64,000 nt of DNA from Alphaproteobacteria bacterium. Lineage in GTDB: Bacteria; Pseudomonadota; Alphaproteobacteria; Bin95. The notes under the pieces were generated by a model. It was not told where the DNA came from, ran no database searches, and worked only from the letters and a program-made list of their open reading frames with translations. The stretch is from positions 291,366 through 355,365 of the forward strand of contig CBDAVA010000002.1 in the NCBI GenBank assembly GCA_965200785.1, read 5' to 3'. Below, in pieces: positions 44,316 through 54,143 of the stretch; the stretch's first letter is position 1; every line of letters starts with the position of its first letter. The position numbers and the translations under genes are program-made.

Positions 44316-45022
44316 TGGCCGGTCTCCCGCGGATCCGGTTCGTCATAGGCGCCGACAAGCGGCACGAAAGAGGTCTCGCGCAGGGCTTCCACCCGGACGT
44401 TGTCCTCGATGCGGGACAGGCAGACCAGCCGCTGCACACCGCTGGCCTGCCGGACGGGCACCAGCATCCGGCCCCCTTCGGCAAGCTGCTCTACAAGCGC
44501 GTTCGGCACATCGTCGGCCGCGGCGGTCACCAGGATGCGGTCGAACTGGACAGGCCTCGGCCAGCCGCGCACGCCGTCGCCGTAGCGCGTGGTGATATTG
44601 GTGAGGCCGAGCTGCTCGAACCGCGCTTCCGCCTCCGACAATAGCGGGCGGTGCCGCTCCATCGTGTAAACCCTGCGGCAAAGGCGGGTCAGCACAGCCG
44701 CCTGGTAGCCGGACCCGGTGCCGATCTCCAGCACGTGCATCCGCGGCCCCGGCGCCAGCATCGCCGTCATGAATGCGACGACGCTCGGTTTGCTGATGGT
44801 CTGTCCGTTGCCGATCGGCAGCGCCGAATCTTCATAGGCCCGGTCGCGGAACATCTCCGGCACGAAGGCGTCTCGGGGTGTGCGCTCGATAGCAGCCAGC
44901 ACATTCGCATCGATGACGCCCGACCGGCGCAGCATCATCAACAGCCGCGCACGGGTGGCGCCGGGCGTCGGAGACTCCTCCGCTGCGCCGCGCCGCGCGG
45001 TCGGCCGGGCTTTCCTATTCAA
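44312..45022 (-). CDS. pcm: protein-L-isoaspartate O-methyltransferase
   Basis: [23 protein letters not shown] and [15 protein letters not shown] align with E. coli Pcm. The start is uncertain. TTG 45022 keeps the N-terminal helix ([20 protein letters not shown]). ATG 44938 would remove it. The ORF-track ATG 45109 would overlap serS by 95 nt. Confidence 0.85.
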   Translation of the reverse strand: MNRKARPTARRGAAEESPTPGATRARLLMMLRRSGVIDANVLAAIERTPRDAFVPEMFRDRAYEDSALPIGNGQTISKPSVVAFMTAMLAPGPRMHVLEIGTGSGYQAAVLTRLCRRVYTMERHRPLLSEAEARFEQLGLTNITTRYGDGVRGWPRPVQFDRILVTAAADDVPNALVEQLAEGGRMLVPVRQASGVQRLVCLSRIEDNVRVEALRETSFVPLVGAYDEPDPRETGQ

Positions 45023-46283
45023 GGCGGTCGCGCCCGCCCATATAGGGCCGGATGGCCGGCGGCAGGACGATCGTTCCGTCCGGCCGCTGGCCGTTTTCGA
45101 GCACGGCAATCAGAGTCCGGCCGACAGCCAGGCCGGACCCGTTCAGCGTGTGCACGAAGCGCGTTGCCTTGCTTCCGGCGGGTCGGAAACGCGCATTCAT
45201 CCGCCGTGCCTGATAATCGCCGCAATTGGAGCAGCTGGAGATCTCACGATACGCCCCCTGGCCCGGCAGCCACACTTCCAGATCATAGGTCTTGCGCGCA
45301 GCGCCGCCCATGTCCCCGGCGCAAAGCAGGACGCGGCGATGCGGAAGCTCCAGCCGCTCCAGGATCGCTTCCGCCGCCAGTGTCATGCGCTCATGCTCTT
45401 CAGCCGAAGCGTCGGGATGAGCCACGGAAACGATCTCGACCTTGTGGAACTGGTGCTGGCGGATCATGCCGCGGGTGTCGCGCCCGGCCGAACCGGCCTC
45501 CGAGCGGTAGCAGGGCGTGAAGGCGGCGAAGCGCAGCGGCAGGCGGTCTTCCTCCAGGATGCGTCCTGCAGCCAGATTCGTCAGCGGCACCTCCGCGGTC
45601 GGAATCAGCCAGTGGCCGGTGTCGGTCCTGAACAGGTCATGCTCGAATTTCGGCAATTGGCCGGTGCCGAACAGGGCCGGGCTGCGGACCAGGGTCGGCG
45701 GCGATATCTCCTCATAGCCGAACTCGTCCGTGTGGGTATCCAGCATAAACTGGGCCAGGGCCCGTTCGAGGCGCGCCAACGCGCCGCGAAGGACAACGAA
45801 GCGCGCGCCGGAGAGCAACGCCGCCCGCTCGAAATCCATCAGGCCAAGCGCTTCGCCCAGCTCGACATGATCCCGCGGCTCGAAATCGAAGTCGGGCGGC
45901 GCGCCGGCCCGGCGCAGCTCCAGATTGTCTGCTTCGCCGGCGCCGTCCGGCACATCATCGTCCGGCAGGTTCGGCAGGCCGGCAAGCAGGGCATCCAGAT
46001 CGGCGGCCGTCTTGCGTTCCGCTTCCTCCGCCTCCCGCTCGGCGTCCTTCAGATGCGAGACTTCCGCAATCAGCTTGTCGGCCGGCTCGCCGGCGGCCTT
46101 GGCCTTGCCGATCTCGCGCGACAGCGTGTTGCGGCGCTGGCGGTATTCTTGGAAGCGGGTCTGGCAGCCGCGCCGCTCGGCGTCGAGCGCGCGGATTTGC
46201 GCCGCTGCGGGCGTCTCCCCCCGGCGCGCCAGCCCCCGGTCCAGCGCTTCGGGATTCTCCCGTATCCACCTGAGGTCCAGCAT
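45015..46283 (-). CDS. serS: serine--tRNA ligase
   Basis: 422 aa. [24 protein letters not shown]-terminal coiled-coil arm. Class II motifs are present ([57 protein letters not shown]). Confidence 0.95.
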   Translation of the reverse strand: MLDLRWIRENPEALDRGLARRGETPAAAQIRALDAERRGCQTRFQEYRQRRNTLSREIGKAKAAGEPADKLIAEVSHLKDAEREAEEAERKTAADLDALLAGLPNLPDDDVPDGAGEADNLELRRAGAPPDFDFEPRDHVELGEALGLMDFERAALLSGARFVVLRGALARLERALAQFMLDTHTDEFGYEEISPPTLVRSPALFGTGQLPKFEHDLFRTDTGHWLIPTAEVPLTNLAAGRILEEDRLPLRFAAFTPCYRSEAGSAGRDTRGMIRQHQFHKVEIVSVAHPDASAEEHERMTLAAEAILERLELPHRRVLLCAGDMGGAARKTYDLEVWLPGQGAYREISSCSNCGDYQARRMNARFRPAGSKATRFVHTLNGSGLAVGRTLIAVLENGQRPDGTIVLPPAIRPYMGGRDRLE

Positions 46284-46359
46284 CCCCCTGCCTTCCGCAA
46301 CGCCGCTTTGCCGCTATCTTATAGAGCGCGTCCATGCGCTGCTCCAGCACCGGCGTCTG

Positions 46360-47205
46360 TCAGCCCGCCCGCCACCAGAGGTCGATCAGGCCGCCGTCGA
46401 CGACCAGGGTCTGCGCCGTGATATAGGCGCTCTCGCGCGACATCAGGAACAGCGAGGCATAGGCGGTTTCCCAACCGGTTCCTTGCCGCCCGAACGGCAG
46501 CGGTCCCGCGTTCCGGCCCGGGCGGCGCCGGCTGGCGTCCCGGCCGAGCGCGGTATCCATCAAGCCCGGCGCCACGATATTGGCGCGGATGCCCCGCGCA
46601 TGGCCTTCCTGCGCAACATGGCCGCACAGCCCCTTCAACGCCGTCTTCGAGGTGTCGTAGGAGGGCTTGCCGCTATTCGGCCGCAAGCCCGAAATCGAGG
46701 CGATGAACACAATGCTGGCGCCGTCCGCCAGTTTCGGCAGCGCCGCCCGGCAGGCCAGCATGTGGCTGCGCAGATTGACCGCCATAACGCGGTCCCATTC
46801 CTCCGCGGTCTCGCCCGCAAGGCCGAGCGGCGGGCCGCTGATGCCGACATTGAGCAGCAGCCCGTCCAGCCCGCCAAGCCCCTCCGCCGCCTGGGCCGTC
46901 ATCGCCGTCACCGCAGCCGGGTCGGAGACGTCCGCCGCAATGGAGAACGCCCGGCCGCCTTCCGCTGCGACCGCAGCAACGGTCGCCTCCGCCGCCGCGC
47001 CGGAGATATCCGCGCAGGCGATATGCGCGCCTTCCCTGGCATAGAGGACCGCTGCCGCGCGGCCATTGCCGACGGGCGGGCAGGGGTCGTCGATCTCGCG
47101 CTGGCCTGCGCCTACAATCAGGATGCGCCGCTCCGCAAGTCTCCCGCGTCCGGGGGCGCGCCCGTCCGATTCGTCGAAGAACGAGCGCCGCGGCTCCTCG
47201 GTCAC
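46360..47205 (-). CDS. SDR family oxidoreductase
   Basis: 281 aa. GTG start in a GTGA overlap with the upstream gene. Contains the SYDTSKTAL catalytic motif and NIVAPGLMDT. Confidence 0.85.
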   Translation of the reverse strand: MTEEPRRSFFDESDGRAPGRGRLAERRILIVGAGQREIDDPCPPVGNGRAAAVLYAREGAHIACADISGAAAEATVAAVAAEGGRAFSIAADVSDPAAVTAMTAQAAEGLGGLDGLLLNVGISGPPLGLAGETAEEWDRVMAVNLRSHMLACRAALPKLADGASIVFIASISGLRPNSGKPSYDTSKTALKGLCGHVAQEGHARGIRANIVAPGLMDTALGRDASRRRPGRNAGPLPFGRQGTGWETAYASLFLMSRESAYITAQTLVVDGGLIDLWWRAG

Positions 47206-47642
47206 CGACCCCCGTCTCCGCCGAGTTTCAGGCGGAGGGTGATGATATTGAACCCATCGCGGCGCTCATAGGAGAATTCGTCCATCGATTCGCGCACCAG
47301 CAGCACGCCCAGGCCGCCAATGGGCCGTTCTTCGATGCGCAGGGTCGTGTCGGCGTCGGGCGCCTCCGTGAACGGATCAAAAGGCTGGCCGTTATCCCGG
47401 ATTTCCGCAATGACCGCGCCGTCTCTGACCGCCAGCGACACCGAAAGCGCCGCGCCCTCCAGGGTATCGAAACCATAGGAAATCGCGTTGGTAATCAACT
47501 CGTCAAAGCACAGATTGAGCTTGAAGACCGCGCCGGGAGGCACGCCGTTCGCGCCGCCGAACTCCTCCACGGCTTCCGCCAGTCGGGACAATTCGCCGAG
47601 CTCTGCAGCAAGCGGTACTTCGATCGGATTGCTCATTGCCAA
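47202..47642 (-). CDS. anti-sigma-factor-type serine kinase (RsbW/SpoIIAB-like, HATPase_c_2)
   Basis: 146 aa. Contains FDELITNAISYG, IRDNGQPFDPF and PIGGLGVLLVRESMDEFSYERRDGFNIITL. The track start is TTG 47642; the first ATG is at 47636. Confidence 0.8.
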   Translation of the reverse strand: MAMSNPIEVPLAAELGELSRLAEAVEEFGGANGVPPGAVFKLNLCFDELITNAISYGFDTLEGAALSVSLAVRDGAVIAEIRDNGQPFDPFTEAPDADTTLRIEERPIGGLGVLLVRESMDEFSYERRDGFNIITLRLKLGGDGGR

Positions 47643-47698
47643 AATGATAACCGAAACCGGGAGCCGCCGCCATGATCTGGCGACAATAGTCTTGCGGC

Positions 47699-48682
47699 CT
47701 AAGGGATCCGGTCCAGCAGCTCCCTTGTTTGTTCAAGCAGTTCCCTGTAGGCGGCGGCGGCGGCGTCGCGCGGCAGATAGTGAATTTCCTCGCCGAGCAT
47801 GGCCATCAGCTTGATGACCGATTTGTCCGCCAGAACCTTGCCGATGCCTTCGGAAATACGGTCGGCCACCTCGTCCGGCGTATCCGGATGGACGCCCACC
47901 CAACGCGGCACGCCAACCCCGACGGCGCCGAGTTCGCCAATCCAGGGCACATTGCCGATCTTGTCCTTGATTGCCGGCGTGTTGTCGCGCGCGCCAAGAT
48001 TGACGACCGCCCTTGCCCGCCCGGCAAGCGAGAACACTGTCGAGGTGCTGACGGCCGCCATATCGACCTGTCCCGCGAGCAGCGCCGCCACGGCTTCGCC
48101 GGTGCTGGAATAGGTATGGAGCGTCGCCCTGACGCCGAGCCGGTCGAGGCCTATGGCGGCGGCCAGCAGCACGCTTGACGTGCCTCCGATACGCGGCGCC
48201 GCGCCAGAAGGCGGATGCGCCGCCAGCTTGTCCCAGTTGTCGAAGCCGGAATCGGCCACGGCCACCAGATGCGTCTTGATTGAGGAGATGAACGCGACGA
48301 TTTTCACGTCTTCCGGGCGGGGTTTCGACCCGGCATCCCGCATCGCCGCAATGGCCGGCGTCATGCTGCCCTGCAGGGCGGTGTAGCCGTCCGGCGGCTG
48401 GTCCAGCATGTAGCGCCAGCCGTGCCGCCCGTCCTCGCCGCCCCGGTTGCGCACATGCCAGGTCTGGCCGAATGCGTCGATTGCGGCCGAGGACATGACC
48501 CGCGCCCACCGGTCCGAGCCGCCGCCCGGCCCGAACGGCACAACCCAGTTCACCTTCCGGCTCGGATAGGCGTCTTCCGCGCCGGCCAATCCAGGGAGCG
48601 CCGCCACCAGAGCCGCGAGACAAAGCAGCAGGGCCTTCAAGAACAACGTCCCTCCCGGCAGATTGCCATGAACCAATAGCAC
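47699..48682 (-). CDS. tripartite tricarboxylate transporter substrate-binding protein (TctC/Bug family)
   Basis: 327 aa. The signal peptide is followed by YPSRKVNWVVPFGPGGGSDRWARV, typical of the Bug family. No tctA or tctB gene is adjacent. Confidence 0.85.
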   Translation of the reverse strand: MLLVHGNLPGGTLFLKALLLCLAALVAALPGLAGAEDAYPSRKVNWVVPFGPGGGSDRWARVMSSAAIDAFGQTWHVRNRGGEDGRHGWRYMLDQPPDGYTALQGSMTPAIAAMRDAGSKPRPEDVKIVAFISSIKTHLVAVADSGFDNWDKLAAHPPSGAAPRIGGTSSVLLAAAIGLDRLGVRATLHTYSSTGEAVAALLAGQVDMAAVSTSTVFSLAGRARAVVNLGARDNTPAIKDKIGNVPWIGELGAVGVGVPRWVGVHPDTPDEVADRISEGIGKVLADKSVIKLMAMLGEEIHYLPRDAAAAAYRELLEQTRELLDRIP

Positions 48683-48806
48683 AAGATGTCGCAGCCGGGC
48701 AAGACCGAACCGGCCGGGCAGCGCCCGGTTTGCAGCGCGGGCAAGGGCTGCCGGTGCTTCAGGGTGTGGTCCGTGTTGCCGCCTTTGCCCGCGGCCGCGC
48801 CGGCTC

Positions 48807-49730
48807 TCAGGCCGGCAGCGCGAAGCCGGCGGAAGCCAGGGCGCCGTCCAGGGCGCTGCGGGACGGCGCGTCGAGGCCGGTGAGCGGCGGGCGAAGCGGC
48901 AGCCAGCCGGTCTCGCGCTCGCTGCTGGCCATGATCGCCTTCAGCGCCGGGATCAGGGGCTGCGACTGGATCGCCAGGCGCCAGGCGGAGAGTTGCTCCT
49001 GCAGGGCGGCCGCGTCCTCCCCCGCCCTGGCGGCGGCCAGCACCCGCGCGCACAGACCTATGGTGACATTCGCGGTCGCCGAAATGCAGCCGGCGCCGCC
49101 CGCCTGCAGCACCGGCAGCAGAAACTGCTCCGAACCCGCGAAGACCCCGAAGCCCGGGAACCGCCGGCACATGGCCAGCATGTTGTCGAGGTCCCCGGAG
49201 CTGTCCTTGATGCCGGCGATCGTGCCCGGATACGCCGCAAGCAGCCCCTCGATCAGATCATGCGAGATCGGCACGCCGGAATTGAAGGGGAAGTTGTAGA
49301 AATAGATCCGCAGGCGCGAATCCCCGACACGCTGGATGACCTCCTCATAGGCGGCATGAAGCCCCGCATCCGAAACGCCCTTGTAATAAAACGGCGGCAG
49401 CATGACGACGCCGGCGGAACCAACCGCCAGCGCCTTGCGGGTCAGAACGACCGTATCGGCAATCGAGCAGGTGCCGGTTCCGGGCAGCAAGGTCTCGCCC
49501 GGAATATCCGATTCGCCGAGCGCATCCAGCAGGCGCAATTTCTCATCGACGCCAAGCGAGTTCGCCTCGCCCGTCGTTCCGAGCACCGCCAGCAGGTCGG
49601 CGCCCTGGTCCAGCATCCGGCGGCAATGGGCCGCGAAGCGGTCGAAATCGGGTTCCAGACCGGCGGTCATCGGCGTCAGCGCCGCAACGGCGACGCCTCG
49701 GGGTTCTTCCGAACGGGCAGCGTTATTCAT
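48807..49730 (-). CDS. dihydrodipicolinate synthase family protein (class I aldolase, DapA-like)
   Basis: 307 aa. Contains VLGTTGEANSL, YNFPFNSGV and IAGIKDSSGD (Schiff-base Lys context). Confidence 0.85.
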   Translation of the reverse strand: MNNAARSEEPRGVAVAALTPMTAGLEPDFDRFAAHCRRMLDQGADLLAVLGTTGEANSLGVDEKLRLLDALGESDIPGETLLPGTGTCSIADTVVLTRKALAVGSAGVVMLPPFYYKGVSDAGLHAAYEEVIQRVGDSRLRIYFYNFPFNSGVPISHDLIEGLLAAYPGTIAGIKDSSGDLDNMLAMCRRFPGFGVFAGSEQFLLPVLQAGGAGCISATANVTIGLCARVLAAARAGEDAAALQEQLSAWRLAIQSQPLIPALKAIMASSERETGWLPLRPPLTGLDAPSRSALDGALASAGFALPA

Positions 49731-49745
49731 CGGATCTCCGGCTCC

Positions 49746-50963
49746 CTAGTTTCGGGCGGCGCGAATGAAGTCGGCAATATCGGGCAGAATCTCGTTTCGC
49801 CACCGCCGTCCATTGAAAATGCCGTAATGGCCGACGCCCGCCTGCAAGCGGTGGCGGCGGCGCATCGCCGGCACGTTCGGACATATCGTATGGGCGGCCT
49901 CCGTCTGGCCGACGCCCGAAATATCGTCGAGTTCGCCCTCGACCGTCATCAGCGCGGTATCGCATATCGCCGCTGTCTCGACCGGCGCGCCGCGATGGGT
50001 GAACCGGCCGCGCGGCAGGTGATGCTGCTGGAATACGCGCTCGACAGTCTCCAGGAAATACTCCGCCGGCATGTCCATGACGGCCAGATATTCGTCATAG
50101 AAGCGTCGATGCGCGGTCGCGCTCTCGCCGTCGCCGAGGACAAGATGCTCGAACATGCGCAGATGTGCGCCGACATGGCGGTCGAGATTCATGCCCATGA
50201 AGCCCGAGAGCTGGATGAAGCCCGGATAGACCCGCCGTCCGAGGCCCGGATAGGGCGGCGGCACGGTCTGGATCAGCATCCGGTCGAACCAGCCCCGGCT
50301 GTGCGACTTGGCGAATTCGTTGACTTTCGTGACCCCGACGCGCGTGTCGATCGGCCCGCCCATCAGCGTAAGCGAACGCGGGGCGCCGCCGCCGGCCGCG
50401 GCGAGCAGGGCCGTCGCCGCCAAGGCCGGCACGGACGGCTGGCAGACGGCGACGAGATGCACCTCCGGTCCGAGACGGGCGAGAAAAGCCAGCAGCATGT
50501 CGATATAGTCGTCGAGCGTAAAGGCGCCGCGGCTGGCCGGCACCTGGCGGGCATCCTGCCAATCGGTGATATAGACATCATGCTCGGCCAGCAGGCCGCG
50601 GACGGTGTCGCGCAGGAGGGTAGCGAAATGGCCGGAGAGCGGCGCCACCACCAGCACGACCGGGTCTCCGGCCCGGCCGTCGCGCGCGAAATGCAGCAGG
50701 TCGCAGAAGGGCAGCGACATCGCGACCTCCTCCCGCACCGCCAGCAGCCGGCCGCCGGACGCGACATGATGGATGCCGAATTCCGGCTTGCCATGCTTGC
50801 GGCTGGCGCGCTCGAACAACTCGCAGAATGCGCCGACCGCCCGGCCCGCAGGATGCCAGGACATCGGCGACAGCGGATTCGCGGCCGCTTGCCGCCCCGC
50901 CTCGGCCATCAGCCGGGCGGGCGCCCAGGCCATGCGCTGCATCTCGTGAAGCGCGTAGAGCAT
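49746..50963 (-). CDS. phaZ: intracellular polyhydroxyalkanoate depolymerase
   Basis: Internal ATG 50963 of the 804-aa ORF gives MLYALHEMQRMAWAPARLMAE, a typical PhaZ N-terminus. Also contains VLVVAPLSGHFATLLRDTV, VCQPSVPALAA and GHYGIFNG. 405 aa. Confidence 0.88.
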   Translation of the reverse strand: MLYALHEMQRMAWAPARLMAEAGRQAAANPLSPMSWHPAGRAVGAFCELFERASRKHGKPEFGIHHVASGGRLLAVREEVAMSLPFCDLLHFARDGRAGDPVVLVVAPLSGHFATLLRDTVRGLLAEHDVYITDWQDARQVPASRGAFTLDDYIDMLLAFLARLGPEVHLVAVCQPSVPALAATALLAAAGGGAPRSLTLMGGPIDTRVGVTKVNEFAKSHSRGWFDRMLIQTVPPPYPGLGRRVYPGFIQLSGFMGMNLDRHVGAHLRMFEHLVLGDGESATAHRRFYDEYLAVMDMPAEYFLETVERVFQQHHLPRGRFTHRGAPVETAAICDTALMTVEGELDDISGVGQTEAAHTICPNVPAMRRRHRLQAGVGHYGIFNGRRWRNEILPDIADFIRAARN

Positions 50964-51062
50964 GTCGGTCGTCCCCTTTTCCGGGCGGGACGCGCCCGCG
51001 CGCCGGCGGCCGAGCCGGCCCGCGGGATGGCGTCCCGGCCGTGAACAGAGTGCGCAGCAGCT

Positions 51063-52274
51063 ATGGCCGGCACCGTAAACCCCTTCACGCTCATCGGCAA
51101 TGCGGCGTTCCGGCGGGTCTGGATTTCCGGGGCGCTGTCCAATGTGAACCGCTGGCTGGAGTTTCTCGCCGTCGGCATCTGGGTGTACGACCGGACCGGG
51201 TCGGCTTTCGATGTGACCCTGATGGTCATGCTGCGCATGTTGCCGCTCATGCTGTTCGGGGCCCTGGCAGGCTCCCTGGCGGAACGGTTCGACCGCCGCT
51301 GGCTGGTCATGGCGGGGCTGTGCCTGCTCATCGCGAGCTCGACCGTGCTCGGCCTCGCTGCGGTCTTCGGCGAACTGCAGCTCTGGCATGTTGCGGTCGG
51401 CGCCTTCCTGAACGGCGTGGTCTGGGCCGGCGAAATGCCGCTTCGGCGCACCATGCTGGGCGACATTGCCGGCGACGGCCGGGTGGCCCAGGCGATGGGG
51501 TTCGACACCGCGACCAACAATGCCACCCGCATGGTCGGCCCGCTTGCCGGCGGTGCGCTGCTGGAGGGCATCGGCATTGCCGGCGCCTTCTTCGCCGGGG
51601 CGGCGCTCAATGTGTTGTCGCTGCTTCTGATCGCCCGCGTGCGCCTCGACGGGAACGCCTTGGCCCGCACCGCACGGGCGGGCGTCCTTTCGGCGGTGCG
51701 GGACGGTTTCCGGTATATCCGCGCCAGCCGCCCGCTGGTTGCAACGCTGGTGGTCACCATCATCTACAACATCTGGGGCTTTCCGATGACCTCGATGGTG
51801 CCCGTGATCGGCAAGGAGGTCCTCGGCCTTTCCGCCTTCCCGGTCGGCGTGCTGCAGAGCGCCGAGGGGCTGGGCGCGCTGGTCGGCGCGCTCGGCATCG
51901 CCTGGCTTGGCCGCGCCGTCTGGTTTCGGCGCATTTATGTGCTGGGCGTCGCGGCCTATATGGCGGCTGCCATCGTCTTTGCAGCCTCGCCCTGGTTCGT
52001 GCTTTCCGGTGCAGTCCTGGTTGCGGCCGGCATCGGAGGCGCCTGCTTTGCGACCATGCAATCGACCCTGACCTTTCTCGGAGCGAGTCCGGAAATGCGC
52101 AACCGCGCCATGGGCGTGCTGACGATCTGCATCGGCACGGCGCCGATCGGCTTCCTGCATCTGGGCCTGCTGGCTGAATGGCTGGGCGCGGAAACGGCGG
52201 TGACGGTTGTCGCGGTCGAAGGGCTGGCCGTGCTTGCGCTGGCGCTCGTCATCTGGCCGGAGGCCCGGCGATGA
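51063..52274 (+). CDS. MFS transporter
   Basis: 403 aa with about 12 hydrophobic segments. Divergent from phaZ. Confidence 0.85.
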   Translation: MAGTVNPFTLIGNAAFRRVWISGALSNVNRWLEFLAVGIWVYDRTGSAFDVTLMVMLRMLPLMLFGALAGSLAERFDRRWLVMAGLCLLIASSTVLGLAAVFGELQLWHVAVGAFLNGVVWAGEMPLRRTMLGDIAGDGRVAQAMGFDTATNNATRMVGPLAGGALLEGIGIAGAFFAGAALNVLSLLLIARVRLDGNALARTARAGVLSAVRDGFRYIRASRPLVATLVVTIIYNIWGFPMTSMVPVIGKEVLGLSAFPVGVLQSAEGLGALVGALGIAWLGRAVWFRRIYVLGVAAYMAAAIVFAASPWFVLSGAVLVAAGIGGACFATMQSTLTFLGASPEMRNRAMGVLTICIGTAPIGFLHLGLLAEWLGAETAVTVVAVEGLAVLALALVIWPEARR

Positions 52275-52753
52275 GGTATCTCCGGACCGGCATTGCGGCG
52301 GCGTTGTGCCTGTGGAGCGCCTGGGCGGCGGGCGGCGAACGGCTTACCGGCGAGCCCTTGCCGCGCCACGCCGCGATCCGCGCAACCGAGGCCAATCTGC
52401 GGGTCGGGCCCGGCACGACCTATGAGGTCCGCTGGCAATACCGGCGGCGCGGCCTGCCGGTGCGTATCATCAAGGAGCATTTCGACTGGCGGCAGATCGA
52501 GGATCCGTCGGGCGAAACCGGATGGATGAGCGCGCATCTGCTGACAGACTGGCCGCGCGCCATCGTGACAGGCACGGAAATGCGGCGGCTGCGCCGGTCT
52601 CCCTCGGAGGACGCCGCCGGGCGGGCGCTCCTGGAACCGGGCGTGCTGCTCACGGTGCAGGAACGGCGCGGCGGCTGGTGCGAAGTGTCGGCTGAAAGCT
52701 ATACCGGCTGGCTGAGAAGCGACGAGGTGTGGGGAGCTTGCGGCGAGCCGTGA
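52271..52753 (+). CDS. SH3 (bacterial SH3b-like) domain protein with signal peptide
   Basis: ATG at 52271 in an ATGA overlap with the MFS gene. The protein starts MRYLRTGIAAALCLWSAWA. Two SH3-like stretches are present (ANLRVGPGTTYEVRWQY...GWMSAHLL and TVQERRGGWCEVSAESYTGWL). Confidence 0.7.
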   Translation: MRYLRTGIAAALCLWSAWAAGGERLTGEPLPRHAAIRATEANLRVGPGTTYEVRWQYRRRGLPVRIIKEHFDWRQIEDPSGETGWMSAHLLTDWPRAIVTGTEMRRLRRSPSEDAAGRALLEPGVLLTVQERRGGWCEVSAESYTGWLRSDEVWGACGEP

Positions 52754-52793
52754 CCGGTGCAAGCATCGGGATGCGGGGAGAGATGTGGAAGAC

Positions 52794-54143
52794 ATGAGTG
52801 CAAACGAGACAATCCGGCGCGCAGCATGCTGGGCGGCGGCGGCGCCCGGCCGCAACTGGCCGCCCGAAGTGGCGGAAGCCGCCAAGGCCTGCCTGCTGGA
52901 CACGCTGGGGGTCACGCTCGGCGCGCGCGGCGAGCCGGGCGGCAAGGCCGTGCGCCGGGTCGTCGAGAGCTGGCAGGCCGCCGGCAAGGCGCGGATTGCG
53001 CTTGGCGGCACGACCTGCCCGGCCGGCGCCGCCCTTGTGAACGGCACGCTTGCCCACTGCCTCGACTATGACGACACGCATGTCGGCGCAACGGCCCATC
53101 TGTCTGCGCCGGTCTGGTCGGCAACGCTCGCGGTGGGCCAGCAGACCGGCGCGGAAGGGCGGGACATGCTGGCCGCGTTCATCGCGGGTTTCGAGGTCGG
53201 CGCGCGGCTCGGCAACGGCATTGGCGGCGTCGCCAATCTGCGCGGCTGGCACGCCACGGGCGTTTTCGGCGCGCTTGGCGCGGCGGTGGCAGCGGCGGTC
53301 CTGCTGCGGCTCGACGAGGACGGGATCGCCCGTGCCCTCGGCGCCGCCGCCACCCAGGCCGGAGGGCTGACGGGCTCCTTCGGCACCCACGCCAAGCCTT
53401 TCCATGCCGGCAAGGCGGCGATGAACGGCGTGCTTGCCGCGGAACTGGCGGCGGCCGGTTTCGAGGCCTCCACGACACTGCTCGAACCCGAAAACGGGCT
53501 GGGCGGCGCGCTGGTCCAGGATGGCAGCGCCGCAATCGGCGAGATCGACTTCAACGACGGCTGGGAACTGCTGCGCAATACGGTCAAGCCCTATGCCGCC
53601 TGTCTGCTGACCCATCCGGTGATCGACGCGGCGCGGGCGCTGGCCCCGGAAGCGGCCGACCGGGAGCCGGCGCGCATCGAGGTCCGGGTCAATCCGGCAG
53701 CGGTCCGCCTGGCGGGAAAACCGGCTCCCCGGACCCCGCTCGAAGGCAAATTCAGCCTCGCTTTCTGCACCGCGCTCGGCCTCGCCGGACGCCCGGCGGT
53801 CGAAGGCGATTTCACCGCCGAGACACTGGCCGACCCCGGTTTGCGGGCTGTGCTGGCCCGCGTCGAACCCGTCGCCGAACCCGGGCGGGACACCCGCTCC
53901 GCCGTGCTCGAGGTGGCCTGGAAGGACGGCGGCGCGGACCGGCGGGAAACGGCGCTTGCCCGCGGCAATCCGGGCAATCCGCTGAGCCGGGCGGAGCTCG
54001 ACGCCAAATTCCGCTCGCTCGCCGAACCGGCGCTCGGCGGCGCGGCGGAGGCGTTGCGCATCCTCGCCTGGGACTTTGAAACCGCCGGCCGCGCCAGCCG
54101 GCTTCACAACCTGCTCGCTGCACAGGAGGCCCCCCTGCCATGA
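52794..54143 (+). CDS. MmgE/PrpD family protein
   Basis: MSANETIRRAACWAAAAPGRNWPPEVAEAAKACLLDTLGVTLGA, ...CLDYDDTH..., ...HAKPFHAGKAAMNGV.... The ORF track starts at GTG 52785. Confidence 0.88.
   Translation: MSANETIRRAACWAAAAPGRNWPPEVAEAAKACLLDTLGVTLGARGEPGGKAVRRVVESWQAAGKARIALGGTTCPAGAALVNGTLAHCLDYDDTHVGATAHLSAPVWSATLAVGQQTGAEGRDMLAAFIAGFEVGARLGNGIGGVANLRGWHATGVFGALGAAVAAAVLLRLDEDGIARALGAAATQAGGLTGSFGTHAKPFHAGKAAMNGVLAAELAAAGFEASTTLLEPENGLGGALVQDGSAAIGEIDFNDGWELLRNTVKPYAACLLTHPVIDAARALAPEAADREPARIEVRVNPAAVRLAGKPAPRTPLEGKFSLAFCTALGLAGRPAVEGDFTAETLADPGLRAVLARVEPVAEPGRDTRSAVLEVAWKDGGADRRETALARGNPGNPLSRAELDAKFRSLAEPALGGAAEALRILAWDFETAGRASRLHNLLAAQEAPLP

Noticed and set aside
44880-47271. Plus-strand ORFs of 513 aa and 448 aa
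   Set aside because: They are antisense to serS and the SDR. serS is unequivocal.
48993-51044. 683-aa ORF on the plus strand
   Set aside because: It is antisense to the DapA-like and phaZ genes. It is Arg-rich and low-complexity, and both sense genes have clear family motifs.
49746-52160. 804-aa ORF as a giant PhaZ fusion
   Set aside because: Only the C-terminal 405 aa (from MLYALHEMQR at 50963) match PhaZ. The N-terminal 400 codons are antisense to the MFS transporter gene and are low-complexity.
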